DNA from: an uncultured Candidatus Saccharibacteria bacterium
GTDB lineage: Bacteria; Patescibacteriota; Saccharimonadia; Saccharimonadales; Saccharimonadaceae
Assembly (NCBI GenBank): GCA_947095985.1
Contig: CAMUPZ010000001.1
Coordinates: 1,025-65,024 of the forward strand
Reading direction: 5' to 3'
Length of the DNA stretch: 64,000 nucleotides
Shown: positions 38,328-48,735 of the stretch, in pieces
How the letters are laid out: every line of letters starts with the position of its first letter
How positions within the stretch are numbered: the stretch's first letter is position 1
The notes under the pieces: generated by a model
The model's input: the letters and a program-made list of their open reading frames with translations, nothing else
Database searches by the model: none
Told to the model about the DNA's origin: nothing
Position numbers and translations under genes: made by a program

Positions 38328-39605
38328 TTAGAAAAGCTTACTCAGCTTATCGTGTAGCTTCGTCAGCAACTCTTTTTCTTCTGAACTGACTGCTGCCAGG
38401 GTCCATGTATTTGCTGCAAAGAATTGACGAGCCGTCTCAATCATCTGTTCCGAAGTGACTGCCAAAATCGAAGCTGGCACCCCGTCATAATCCCTAACAA
38501 AATCATCAGCAAAATACCGGCCTACGTAAAAATTACTGATCTGACCAACTGTCTGAGCGCCCATCTGATAACGACCCAGCGAGTATGATTTAACACTTTC
38601 TAAATCTTCAGCAGAGATAGAGCCAGATAAAACTCGCTTTAATTCTCTGACGATGATATCAAATAGCTTTTCGGCCGTATCAATATTCACTTGCCCGCCA
38701 AAATCCCAGGCCGAATCATAAAAACCGACTGAGGTATCACTAAATATACTGTAAGCCAAGCCCTTTTTACGCGCCGAACCAAAAATCCTTGAACTCATCG
38801 TGCCAGTAAGTATATGATTTAAGGCACTCATAGCGTCAGCCTCTTCATCTGTTAATTCACGCGACACGACCATTGACCAGCCAAATGTCAGATTTGTTGC
38901 TTCTTTGCGTCGAATCAGAACCGGATTTGCCCTACGAGGCTCATCATGCGGAATCGCAAACCTCTCACCAGTCTCCAATTGCCACCCCTCCAAATGCTCC
39001 TTAATAGCAGACTTTCGCCCTGTCAATTTTCCAGCCACCACAAACCGCATATTATTCAAAGTGTGCGTACGCTTATGGTGATTTTTTATATCTTTAAGCT
39101 CAATATTAGCAATCGTCTTTAATCGCTGATTATAGGTCAATATATCCTCACCCAGTGCCTGCTGGATGCGTGGCCACATCACACGGTTATGATTATTAAG
39201 ATAGCCCGTTAATTCAGAACGAACATTGCCCTTTTCTGCCTCCAGCTCATCAGTATTGAAGCGCGGCGTTGTAATTGCTAACCGCTGGAGTTCCAATATC
39301 CGGTCCCATTCAAAATCAGCACAGATTGCCTCGTAAACCATCGAATAATCTGACGTATAAGCATTATGATAGGCGCCATTTTTAGTGAATTCTTGCTCAT
39401 AATTATGCTCTGAGCGGAATTTTTCATTAGCGCCAAATGCCATATGCTCCATAATATGCGCCGTTTCATAGATATTTTTATCTAGGACATAACGATTGCC
39501 CGCCCTAAATTGCACCTGAAAACTCATCACTGTAGCGTCTGGGACATCAATCAGTAAACCACGCGCGCCATTTTTCAGCCTAACTTCTTCAACTGTATGT
39601 TTCAT
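38328..39605 (-). CDS. M16 family zinc peptidase
   Basis: Inverted zincin HxxEH (HIMEH), NAYT, SSRIF...KKGLAY. Confidence 0.9.
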   Translation of the reverse strand: MKHTVEEVRLKNGARGLLIDVPDATVMSFQVQFRAGNRYVLDKNIYETAHIMEHMAFGANEKFRSEHNYEQEFTKNGAYHNAYTSDYSMVYEAICADFEWDRILELQRLAITTPRFNTDELEAEKGNVRSELTGYLNNHNRVMWPRIQQALGEDILTYNQRLKTIANIELKDIKNHHKRTHTLNNMRFVVAGKLTGRKSAIKEHLEGWQLETGERFAIPHDEPRRANPVLIRRKEATNLTFGWSMVVSRELTDEEADAMSALNHILTGTMSSRIFGSARKKGLAYSIFSDTSVGFYDSAWDFGGQVNIDTAEKLFDIIVRELKRVLSGSISAEDLESVKSYSLGRYQMGAQTVGQISNFYVGRYFADDFVRDYDGVPASILAVTSEQMIETARQFFAANTWTLAAVSSEEKELLTKLHDKLSKLF

Positions 39606-39620
39606 CGCCTAACTTTCTGA

Positions 39621-42251
39621 CTACTTACGATTCTTTTTGCGGTTTTGGCGCTGCGCTTTTTTCTTCTTGCGCGCTTGGTTTTTAGCACGATTAGATTCCG
39701 CGCTAGTCTTCCCCTTTTTCACCGAAAAGTCATCATCACGATTTTCTTCACCAGAACCAATTTCGTTCACGCCACGCTCGACGGCATTTTCTGCCAAGCG
39801 CGTCAGTTCTGTGTCGTATTCATCATCCTGTGATTGACGAACCACGGCATCAGCTTTATGGATGTTAAATATTGTCGCCAAGACTTCATTGCGTAAATTA
39901 GCCTGCAAGCTCTCAAATAGCTTCTGAGATTCTGAGCGATATTCAACCAACGGATCGCGCTGGCCAACACTACGCCAGTGAATTCCTTCACGCAAATGTT
40001 GCATGTTTTCCAAATGTTGCATCCACAATGTATCCAGCACAGCCATATAAACCTCGCGCTCAACACCACGCAAATCATCAGCACCAATCTCAGATTCTTT
40101 AGCTGCGTAAGCTTCTTCTGCCAGCTTCAACGCCTTTTCGTAGCGAAGCTTATCTTTCTTTTCCTTGCCAATTTTTGAAAGTTTGCCCTCATCAACCGGG
40201 AAAGTCGCCACAAATTCTTCAACAAACTTTGGATTATTCTTAATTGGCAATGTCGTCAATTCACTAACTTTCGCTCTCAGCAAGCGTTCAATTTCTGGCT
40301 TAATGTTATCGCCTTCCAAAATCTTGCGGCGCATGACGTACACCACGCGGCGGTGACGATTGATGACGTTGTCGTACTGAACAACATTTTTGCGCGTATC
40401 AAAGTTGTAACCCTCGACACGCTTTTGGGCCGCCTCCAGCGTCTTAGACACCGCGCGATTTTGAATCGGCGTTTCTTCGTCGACGCCCAGCCGATCCATC
40501 AACGCCGCGATACGCTCGCCCTGGAAAATTCGCATCAAATCATCTTCGGTCGACACGTAAAACTGCGTCTCACCTGGGTCGCCCTGACGACCGCCACGAC
40601 CGCGCAGCTGATTGTCGATGCGTCGTGATTCGTGCCGCTCTGAACCGATCACCACCAGACCACCTAACTCCTTAACGCCCTTGCCGAGCTTAATGTCGGT
40701 ACCGCGTCCGGCAATGTTCGTCGCTAGCGTAATCGCACCCTTTTCACCAGCTTTCTCAATGATGGCCGCCTCACGCTCATTATTCTTAGCGTTCAAAATC
40801 TCAAACTTGATGCCTTCTTTTTCCAAATATTTAGCAATCTGCTCATTCTTGGCAATTGAACCAGAACCAACCAACACTGGACGGCCTTGCTTGTGATAAT
40901 CCTTGATGGCTTCAGCCACCGCCTTCAGCTTGCCTTTTTCGGTCTTGAAAATCAGGTCTTCTTTGTCGTCGCGAATCACTGGCTTGTTCGGCGGAATCTG
41001 GATAACGTCCAGTGAATAAATTTGTTGAAACTCCTCAGCTTCAGTAAACGCCGTACCAGTCATACCGGAAAGCTTATTGTACAGACGGAAATAATTCTGG
41101 AACGAAATGGTCGCTAGCGTCATGCTTTCTTCCAGCACTGGCACACCTTCTTTCGCCTCAATTGCCTGGTGCAAGCCTTCGTTGTAACGGCGTCCTTGCA
41201 TCAAACGACCAGTGTGCTCATCGACGATAATCACTTCACCGTCATTAGTCACCACATAATCTTTGTCGCGCTTGAACAATGTTTGTGCTCGCAGCGCCTG
41301 ATCCATGTGGTAAACGCTGCGCACGTGATCTGGCGTGTACAAATTTTTTATACCCAACAATTTTTGGACTTTTTCCACGCCCTCATCGGTCAACGCCACG
41401 CTGCGGCGCTTTTCATCCAAAACATAGTCCTCTGGCACTAATTTACTGGCAACCTTGGCGAAGGTGTAGTAATTATCTGGGTTCTCTGCTGCTGGCGCCG
41501 AGATGATCAGCGGCGTCCGCGCTTCGTCGATCAAAATCGAGTCCACCTCGTCAACGATGGCAAAGTTCAGCTCGCGCTGCCTGAGCAAGTCAACGTCGTT
41601 CACCATGTTGTCGCGCAGATAGTCAAAGCCAAACTCGTTGTTGGTTCCATAGGTAATGTCCGCCGCGTAAGCCTCTTTACGCGTAACTGGGCGGAGCTTG
41701 CGCATGCGCGGATCATCATGATGCTCATTGTCATAATCCTTATCGTACACAAATGACGCTTCGTTAATGATCACACCAGTCGTCAGGCCCAAAAAGTCAT
41801 ACACCTGACCCATCCAGCCCGCGTCGCGCTGCGCCAGATAATCGTTGACGGTCACCACGTGAACGCCTTTTCCTTCCAGCGCGTTCAGATAGGTTGGCAA
41901 TGTCGCCACCAAAGTCTTACCTTCACCTGTCTTCATCTCAGCCACATTTCCCTCATGAAGGACCATGCCGCCGATTAGCTGAACATCATACGGACGCTCG
42001 CCGATGACACGCTTGGCTGCCTCGCGCGCCACTGCAAAGGCATCCGGCAAAATCGTATCCAAGGTTACGTTTTTCTTATCCAAACGCTTTTTCAACTCAT
42101 CAGTCTGCGCCCGAAGCTCCTTATCAGACATTTTTTCATATTTGTCATTTAGACCATTGATAACGTCAACTTGTTTTCGCAGTCGTTTCAGAATCTTCTT
42201 CTGCGGATCGCCAAAAATCTTACTCAGCGCCTTTTGTTGTGTCATTGCCAT
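39621..42251 (-). CDS. secA: Preprotein translocase ATPase SecA
   Basis: MKTGEGKT, DEVDSILIDEARTPL, AGRGTDI and QLRGRGGRQGDPG motifs; start uncertain (42251-42287). Confidence 0.98.
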   Translation of the reverse strand: MAMTQQKALSKIFGDPQKKILKRLRKQVDVINGLNDKYEKMSDKELRAQTDELKKRLDKKNVTLDTILPDAFAVAREAAKRVIGERPYDVQLIGGMVLHEGNVAEMKTGEGKTLVATLPTYLNALEGKGVHVVTVNDYLAQRDAGWMGQVYDFLGLTTGVIINEASFVYDKDYDNEHHDDPRMRKLRPVTRKEAYAADITYGTNNEFGFDYLRDNMVNDVDLLRQRELNFAIVDEVDSILIDEARTPLIISAPAAENPDNYYTFAKVASKLVPEDYVLDEKRRSVALTDEGVEKVQKLLGIKNLYTPDHVRSVYHMDQALRAQTLFKRDKDYVVTNDGEVIIVDEHTGRLMQGRRYNEGLHQAIEAKEGVPVLEESMTLATISFQNYFRLYNKLSGMTGTAFTEAEEFQQIYSLDVIQIPPNKPVIRDDKEDLIFKTEKGKLKAVAEAIKDYHKQGRPVLVGSGSIAKNEQIAKYLEKEGIKFEILNAKNNEREAAIIEKAGEKGAITLATNIAGRGTDIKLGKGVKELGGLVVIGSERHESRRIDNQLRGRGGRQGDPGETQFYVSTEDDLMRIFQGERIAALMDRLGVDEETPIQNRAVSKTLEAAQKRVEGYNFDTRKNVVQYDNVINRHRRVVYVMRRKILEGDNIKPEIERLLRAKVSELTTLPIKNNPKFVEEFVATFPVDEGKLSKIGKEKKDKLRYEKALKLAEEAYAAKESEIGADDLRGVEREVYMAVLDTLWMQHLENMQHLREGIHWRSVGQRDPLVEYRSESQKLFESLQANLRNEVLATIFNIHKADAVVRQSQDDEYDTELTRLAENAVERGVNEIGSGEENRDDDFSVKKGKTSAESNRAKNQARKKKKAQRQNRKKNRK

Positions 42252-42328
42252 AAAACTTAAAACTCCCTCACTTTCAGGCATTTTCAAAAACTTCTTTTAT
42301 TATAGCGTTTTTAGGTCAATTTGAAAAG

Positions 42329-42355
42329 AAAAAGCGCCCAGAAAGTGAGCGCTTC
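42329..42355 (-). terminator. Probable intrinsic terminator after hpf
   Basis: AAGCGCTCA...TGGGCGCTT followed by a T-run on the minus strand. Confidence 0.6.
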
Positions 42356-42375
42356 ATGACAACTTCAGCTAATAA

Positions 42376-42747
42376 TTATTTTCGGCCCAGACCTCTCTTC
42401 AACTTAGCCAAAATTCCGCGGCTACTACCAACGTGCGCCAACACGTCATCCTTATACTTTCTCACCTGACCGTTCAACTTTGCCTCGACAATATCCACTG
42501 CCGCCAAAACGTTCATAGTTGAATCTTTAGCAGTAATTTTCTTATCTGGAACGTTAATAATAACTTCAACTTCGTATTTATTACCACCAGGATTATCGAT
42601 TTGCTTAATCTTTACATCTGCGGTCACGCTTTTACGGGCATGGCGTGGTAGATATTTGCCCAAACCACCAATTTTTCGCTCAACATATTTCTTAGTCGTA
42701 TCGTTTAACTCGTACTTAACGCCAGTAATAGTAATATTTTTAATCAT
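42376..42747 (-). CDS. hpf: Ribosome hibernation factor HPF/RaiA (short form)
   Basis: ITG...YVERKI..L.KY ... AAVD.VE.KL..Q.RKYK pattern; upstream of secA. Confidence 0.9.
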   Translation of the reverse strand: MIKNITITGVKYELNDTTKKYVERKIGGLGKYLPRHARKSVTADVKIKQIDNPGGNKYEVEVIINVPDKKITAKDSTMNVLAAVDIVEAKLNGQVRKYKDDVLAHVGSSRGILAKLKRGLGRK

Positions 42748-42777
42748 TTTTCCTCCTACTAACTAATATGTCTTTCA

Positions 42778-44019
42778 TTATATCACGTCACGGCCATTCA
42801 TATATGGTCGCAATACCTCTGGAACCGTCAAACTGCCATCTTCGTTTTGGAAATTCTCCAAAATCACCACCAATGACCGCGCCAATGAAACCGCCGTGCC
42901 ATTCAGGGTGTGAACCGACTCGATGTTGCCATTCGCGCGTCGCACGCGAATATTCAAACCGCGCGCTTGATAATCCGTACAATTCGAGCAGCTCGTCAGC
43001 TCGCGGTAGGTCTGATCAACTGGCGACCAATATTCAATATCATACTTTTTGGCAGCTGGCGCACCCAAGTCGCCCGCCGCGATATTCACCACGTGGTACG
43101 AAATACCAATTTGCTGCCACAGTGATTCCTCGACGCTGAGGATTTTTTCATGAATTTCCTTGGACTGTTCCGGCAGACAGAACGCATACATTTCCAATTT
43201 GTTAAATTGGTGCACTCGGAACAAACCGCGGGTGTGCTTGCCATACGTGCCCGCTTCCCTGCGGTAGCACGGGCTATACCCAGCGTAGAGCAGCGGCAAA
43301 TCTTTCTCATCAAAAATTTCATCAGCGTGGTAGCCCGTCAGTGGCATTTCTGCAGTACCGATTAGGGTCAAATCTTCGCCCTCAACCACGTACTCATTGC
43401 TACCCTCGCCTTTTGGCGTAAAGCCCGCACCTTCTGCCGTGCGTAAATTCACCATATGAGGCACGGTCATAAAAGTAAAGCCTTGTTTCGTCACATAATC
43501 CAGCGCGAATTGCGTCACAGCATTTTCCAACAATGCCAGATCGCCCTTAAGGTAATAAAACTTCGCACCAGCTACTTTTGCTCCACGCTCAAAGTCTACC
43601 CAGCCGCGACTAACAGCATAGTCCAAATGATCCTTGGCGCCCGTTTTACGTTCGCCGTAAGCCTTTATCTCAACCGAATCTTCCTCACCACCAAGCGGCA
43701 CGTCATCAAAGGTGATGTTTGGCACGTTTTTCAGAATTGCGGCTATTTTTTCTTCAGCGGCTTTCAAGTAGCCCTCGCGCTCCGCTAGCTCAATTTTCAG
43801 CTGTTTCCCCTGATCAATCAATTCCTGATCTGGACGACCGCCCTTCATCTGCGCCGAAATTGCATTCCGCCGTTCGCGCAATGCCTCAACTTGTTTTTGC
43901 AGGTCGCGGCGCTCGTCATCCAATTGCAACATTGTTGCAATATCGACCGCGTATCCCTTATCATGTGCTGATTTTTGCACCAAATCAGCATTTTCTCGAA
44001 TAAATTTGATATCTAACAT
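42778..44019 (-). CDS. serS: Serine--tRNA ligase
   Basis: MLDIKFIREN, GTAE, CYRREAG, GLFRVHQF, SCSNCTDYQ and HTLNGT motifs. Confidence 0.98.
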   Translation of the reverse strand: MLDIKFIRENADLVQKSAHDKGYAVDIATMLQLDDERRDLQKQVEALRERRNAISAQMKGGRPDQELIDQGKQLKIELAEREGYLKAAEEKIAAILKNVPNITFDDVPLGGEEDSVEIKAYGERKTGAKDHLDYAVSRGWVDFERGAKVAGAKFYYLKGDLALLENAVTQFALDYVTKQGFTFMTVPHMVNLRTAEGAGFTPKGEGSNEYVVEGEDLTLIGTAEMPLTGYHADEIFDEKDLPLLYAGYSPCYRREAGTYGKHTRGLFRVHQFNKLEMYAFCLPEQSKEIHEKILSVEESLWQQIGISYHVVNIAAGDLGAPAAKKYDIEYWSPVDQTYRELTSCSNCTDYQARGLNIRVRRANGNIESVHTLNGTAVSLARSLVVILENFQNEDGSLTVPEVLRPYMNGRDVI

Positions 44020-44044
44020 ATCCTAATTATATAACAACTTCCGC

Positions 44045-44884
44045 TTAAACGTGAGAGATTATCCCTGCGCCAAGCAGCCCTATTATCACCAACCCTAACA
44101 CAAATCGATAAATTATGAACGAACGAAAATTATTACTTTGGATAAATTTCAACAGCCAGGACACTGCCATATAACCCACGACAAACGAAACCGCAGTAGC
44201 AATGATGGTTGACGTCCAACCCACGCCGCCGTAAATGTGCTTATACTTGGTGACGACCTCCAATAGTCCTGCCGCCACCAAAGCCGGAATCCCTAAGAAA
44301 AAGCTCAGTTTCGTGACCGATACGCGGTCAAATCCGCGGAACAAACCAACAGAGATTGTCGCACCAGAACGGCTGACCCCAGGAATCAGCGACAGACATT
44401 GCCCCATGCCAATCGCCAGCGTATCCTTCCAGTTCGTCTCTGCTTCATTGCGCTTATTTTTTGCCGCCCGATTATCCGCCAGCCACATCACCACGCTCCA
44501 GCCGATCAGCCCGATTGCCACAAACCACAAACTCCGCAGCACCGTCTCAACTTCATGCTTAAACAATAAACCAACGACAGCGATAGGAATTGAACCAATG
44601 ATGATCGCCCAGCCGTATTTATAATCAAACTTCCGGCGCGCCCGCTTCCACCATAGCCCGCGCCACCAAGCTTGCAGAATCCGCCAAATATCGCTCCAGA
44701 AATAAATTACCGCCGCCAGAATTGCCCCAATTTGGATCACCGCCGTAAACGCCACCACGCTCGGATCGTCGATTTTCATCCCCATCAATTTCTCGACAAT
44801 CGTCAAATGTCCAGTCGAAGAAATCGGCAAGAATTCCGTAATTCCTTCAATCACGCCAAGAATAATTGCTTGCCACCAAGCCAC
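44045..44884 (-). CDS. uppP: Undecaprenyl-diphosphate phosphatase
   Basis: EGITEFLPISSTGH and PGVSRSGAT motifs. Confidence 0.96.
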   Translation of the reverse strand: MAWWQAIILGVIEGITEFLPISSTGHLTIVEKLMGMKIDDPSVVAFTAVIQIGAILAAVIYFWSDIWRILQAWWRGLWWKRARRKFDYKYGWAIIIGSIPIAVVGLLFKHEVETVLRSLWFVAIGLIGWSVVMWLADNRAAKNKRNEAETNWKDTLAIGMGQCLSLIPGVSRSGATISVGLFRGFDRVSVTKLSFFLGIPALVAAGLLEVVTKYKHIYGGVGWTSTIIATAVSFVVGYMAVSWLLKFIQSNNFRSFIIYRFVLGLVIIGLLGAGIISHV

Positions 44885-44952
44885 GCTTAAAAATTACCTT
44901 TCATCTTTCAAGTGTAGCATTAGCGGTAAAATCATTCAAATTAATTCTTATC

Positions 44953-46239
44953 TTAAGCGTCAGAGTGATCTACATTATCAGTGCCATAATACGCTGGACC
45001 ATCTACATTTACGCCAGCAGGAGCATAAATCTTAAGCCCAATTGGCGTATAGAACAGTTGACAGCCACTAAAAAATATCGTTCGCGGACATTTTTCAGCA
45101 ATAGACACTATCAATCGATCGCCCTCGCGTCGTACATTGACGTCCGGCTTCTTCATGTTTGGTAATTCTATGTACTCGGCCTCGATTTTCAGCTTATCAG
45201 AGTTGGTTCGTTTTACACTTCCCATTGCGCCGTTGATGGAAATTGTTTTTACATTATCTGCATCCGGAATTTCGACATTCATTCTCTTTGTCAGGTACTG
45301 CGATTCATATATAAATTCTGAGCTAGCTTTCATGCCAAATACAATTGAGCTGGCCATACCCATAGATATAACGACCGTAGCAATAATCATCGAGAGTGCA
45401 GACACGCGACTCATCGTCCAAGTAAAAACGCTACGCGACAACATCATACCCAAAACCGCCGCTGAAATGCCGCAAATCACTAGTGAAATCCATAGACCCC
45501 AAGCCCATATTTGTGCATTTAATCCACTCAGCAGATCAATTACAGATAGTCCAACTGCGCCACCTACAATCAGCCCAATCACTACCCCAAGAGTCATCAG
45601 GAAAATTATAATTCCAGCAGAATAGCGAAGAATCTTAGAGGCCAAATCCCTACTCTCATTAGCTATTGCTGAGCCACCCTCAACAGCTGCTTTTTTAAGA
45701 GCCGCCAGAGTTACTGACTTGCCGTGCATTCTTAATTTATCTGACGCTGTCCTCGCTGGAGGCATTGATAGCCACATCACAACGTAAATTAATACAGCCG
45801 TACCAAAAGTTACGAACGGAGAGACAATTGCAATTAGCCGTACCCACAGCGGATTGATGTTAAAATATGCCGCCACGCCTGCACACACGCCACCGATAAT
45901 AGCATTATCAGTATCACGCATTAGTTGCTTTTCTGACTTTGACTCTGAACCATCACCATCCAGATCATCATCTACTGGGCTATCTCCATCAGCAAAATCA
46001 CGCGACTCACCCATTTGCTTTTGAATCGCTAAAACATCGTCAACACTAATGACTCCTTCTTTCATTACGCCGCGCTCTGCCAAAATCTCAACCATCCGCG
46101 CTTCGATTTCCCTCATAGCTTCCGGCTCAGCGTGCATATTTTTTTGAATTGAATTAAGATATTTTTCTAGCAAACTTTTAGCTTCAATTTCTATACTAAA
46201 AGCCGTTTTTGCTAGATGAATTCTAGTTATCTCTTTCAT
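44953..46239 (-). CDS. PspC-domain membrane protein
   Basis: LMRD..NAIIGGVCAGVAAYF PspC motif, EIEARM.E N-terminal domain, several TM helices. Confidence 0.85.
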   Translation of the reverse strand: MKEITRIHLAKTAFSIEIEAKSLLEKYLNSIQKNMHAEPEAMREIEARMVEILAERGVMKEGVISVDDVLAIQKQMGESRDFADGDSPVDDDLDGDGSESKSEKQLMRDTDNAIIGGVCAGVAAYFNINPLWVRLIAIVSPFVTFGTAVLIYVVMWLSMPPARTASDKLRMHGKSVTLAALKKAAVEGGSAIANESRDLASKILRYSAGIIIFLMTLGVVIGLIVGGAVGLSVIDLLSGLNAQIWAWGLWISLVICGISAAVLGMMLSRSVFTWTMSRVSALSMIIATVVISMGMASSIVFGMKASSEFIYESQYLTKRMNVEIPDADNVKTISINGAMGSVKRTNSDKLKIEAEYIELPNMKKPDVNVRREGDRLIVSIAEKCPRTIFFSGCQLFYTPIGLKIYAPAGVNVDGPAYYGTDNVDHSDA

Positions 46240-46583
46240 TAATTCACACCTTTCTCAAGATCTTTAAGCGAACTATTCAACATTTTTATGCGATACTTTA
46301 ACTCATCAACTAACTGAAAGCCACTATCTGTTAATGAGTAATATTTTCTGGGCGGCCCCTGCTCACTTTCCCGCCATTCATGCAGTAAATACCCATACTT
46401 CTGCAGTCTGTTTAGCAGCGGATAAATTGTGCCCTCAACAACCATTAGATCCGAGTCACTTAATCGCCTAACGATGTCACCAGCATACTGCTCCTGCTTA
46501 GAGCAGGAAAGCAGCACGCAGTACACCAAAAAACCTTTACGTAGCTGAATGGTTAGGCTTTCAGCATAATCACTAGGATTCAT
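46239..46583 (-). CDS. PadR-family transcriptional regulator
   Basis: QLRKG, EGTIYPLLNRL and GPPRKYYSLT motifs. Confidence 0.93.
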   Translation of the reverse strand: MNPSDYAESLTIQLRKGFLVYCVLLSCSKQEQYAGDIVRRLSDSDLMVVEGTIYPLLNRLQKYGYLLHEWRESEQGPPRKYYSLTDSGFQLVDELKYRIKMLNSSLKDLEKGVN

Positions 46584-47271
46584 ACCTTTCCTCTTGTGGA
46601 ATATTAGTACCTTCAATTTGCCCGTCTTTTATACGGATTTGGTAATCGCATTTTTTAGCCAAATCATCATCATGAGTCACCACTATCAACGTCGCACCTT
46701 TTTGTTTGTTATAGTTAAACAGTAGCTCTTCTATCTTAGCGCCAGTTTCGCTGTCTAGATTACCCGTTGGCTCATCAGCAAAGATAATCTGCGGATCGCC
46801 AACAATCGCCCTGGCAATCGCCAAACGCTGCTTTTGACCACCAGACAAATCTTTGGCGCGGCTTTTACGCTTCTCATACAAATCCACCGCCATCAGAGCC
46901 TCGTTGATTTTCGCTTCGCGCATTTTTTGTGGCAGCTGTGCGATTTCTAGCGGCAGACTAACATTATCCTCAACACTTTCGTTACCTTGAACGAAAAAGC
47001 TCTGGAAAATAAACCCTATTTTTTTAGCCCGGAATTCATCAACCTGCTTCTGTTTCAGCTGCAAAATATCTTGCCCATCAATAATCACTCGACCCTGCTG
47101 CGGACGGTCAAGTCCAGAAATTGCGTGCATCAATGTCGACTTTCCTGAGCCAGATTTACCAAGAATCGCCACACTAACGCCCGTTGGAATTTTCAGACTG
47201 ACATCATTTAACGCTACAAATTGATTTTTCTTTTTGCCATAAATTTTCGTTACGTTATTAAGTTCAATCAT
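46573..47271 (-). CDS. ABC transporter ATP-binding protein (LolD/MacB-like)
   Basis: GKSGSGKST, LSGGQ, ADEPTGNLD and VTHD motifs. Confidence 0.94.
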   Translation of the reverse strand: MIELNNVTKIYGKKKNQFVALNDVSLKIPTGVSVAILGKSGSGKSTLMHAISGLDRPQQGRVIIDGQDILQLKQKQVDEFRAKKIGFIFQSFFVQGNESVEDNVSLPLEIAQLPQKMREAKINEALMAVDLYEKRKSRAKDLSGGQKQRLAIARAIVGDPQIIFADEPTGNLDSETGAKIEELLFNYNKQKGATLIVVTHDDDLAKKCDYQIRIKDGQIEGTNIPQEERYES

Positions 47272-47281
47272 GATATTTCTC

Positions 47282-48589
47282 CTATTCTGTCCTTAACGCC
47301 TCAATTGGGTCTAACTTTGTTGCCTTGCGGCTCGGTAGCCAACCAGCCAGCACTGCCATCACCATTAGGCTGACTATCAGTAAAATAATTTGTATTGGAT
47401 TAATAACCAGAAGATTAGTACCCGCCCCCAGTTTTAGCGCACTAGCAATTGCTGGATTAAACAATGTTATCGAGCTTGCAAAGCCAACACCGATTAGTCC
47501 GCCCAATAAACCAACCCAAGCTGCTTCATATCTAAATAACCTACCGATATCGCGGCCACTCGTGCCCAACGCCTTCATCAAACCGATTTGACTGGTTCGC
47601 TCCAGAACTGAAATATACATAGTATTAATGATACCAAACACACTTGCCAGTAGCGCCAGTCCACCAAAACCTATCAAAGCCATCTGAGCCACATTAACCA
47701 TTGTCAGAAGCGCCTTACGAGCATCTTGAATTGACGACGCAGTATAGCTTTTGCTGATTTCATCCTTTACGGCGTCAACATTCTTTACGTCATCAACAGA
47801 CACAATCACCAATGAGTATTCGTTAGGCAACCGCTTATAATGACTATATTCGTAAATATCCTTAGCGTCGTCTGACGATATCCTCACGGCAGGCTGATAG
47901 AAGATTGTTGTGTCTGACTGTTTATCAACCGCTACAATTTTTAACGAGATCTCTTTAGAAGCACTAGCACTCCACGATGATCCGCCACGAATACCTAGTG
48001 TAATAGTTTTACCGATAGCCGACTCAGCACTAGCAAAGCCCATTTTTTGTACATAAGACTCTGGAATAATAGCTTCACCCGACTTCAACATAAAATCGTC
48101 CAAACTACCAGCCGCCAATTCCGCCCGAGTCCGGTCCGCCTTAACTGCTATATCTGGAGTAAATTTCTTACCATTCCCCGAACTTTTAACATACACAATT
48201 CCAGACGTAGAGTAGGATGGTATGACTTTTTCTACGTGCGGAATACTGCGTAATTTTGCGAGATCCTCATCGCCCATTGAATACTTACTACGCAATGAAG
48301 AATCATCCTTTACCTCGCTACTTTTATTTTTATCTTTTGAGTCGCTATACTCTGGTAAAGACTCCTCCTCTGCTGATGATGAAACAGCTTTTTTATATAC
48401 TGTAATCACCTTCTTATCGCCAGCAGAATCAACTATGTTATTGGTATATAATCGACCACCCTCACCCGCCATCATCGCTAGCCCAATTGTAAATGCCCCG
48501 ACTGAAATCGCCAGTGCCGTTAAAATCGTCCGACCTTTCGACTGGCGAAGGTTGCGCCCGGCTCGCTTAATAATATCTATTCTTCTCAT
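47282..48589 (-). CDS. MacB/FtsX-like ABC permease
   Basis: RTILT, large extracytoplasmic loop, SVLERTSQIGLMKALG and LDPIEALR motifs. Confidence 0.92.
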   Translation of the reverse strand: MRRIDIIKRAGRNLRQSKGRTILTALAISVGAFTIGLAMMAGEGGRLYTNNIVDSAGDKKVITVYKKAVSSSAEEESLPEYSDSKDKNKSSEVKDDSSLRSKYSMGDEDLAKLRSIPHVEKVIPSYSTSGIVYVKSSGNGKKFTPDIAVKADRTRAELAAGSLDDFMLKSGEAIIPESYVQKMGFASAESAIGKTITLGIRGGSSWSASASKEISLKIVAVDKQSDTTIFYQPAVRISSDDAKDIYEYSHYKRLPNEYSLVIVSVDDVKNVDAVKDEISKSYTASSIQDARKALLTMVNVAQMALIGFGGLALLASVFGIINTMYISVLERTSQIGLMKALGTSGRDIGRLFRYEAAWVGLLGGLIGVGFASSITLFNPAIASALKLGAGTNLLVINPIQIILLIVSLMVMAVLAGWLPSRKATKLDPIEALRTE

Positions 48590-48614
48590 ACTACGCTCCT
48601 TATAGTTTTGCTAT

Positions 48615-48653
48615 ACATAGTACTATGTTATACAAGGTACTGTAAATAGTCAA
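48615..48653 (-). promoter_or_regulatory. Promoter and palindromic operator of the ABC-PadR-PspC operon
   Basis: TTGACT-N17-TAACAT on the minus strand; perfect palindrome ACATAGTACTATGT (48615-48628) and imperfect AGTAC..TGT...ACA..GTACT (48619-48641) overlap the -10. Confidence 0.65.
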
Positions 48654-48735
48654 GTACTCTATTTATTTTTAATTAGAATACCACCGTATTGTTAAAAATA
48701 TCTTTTAGAATACCACGAAACAGAATCCGAATGCC

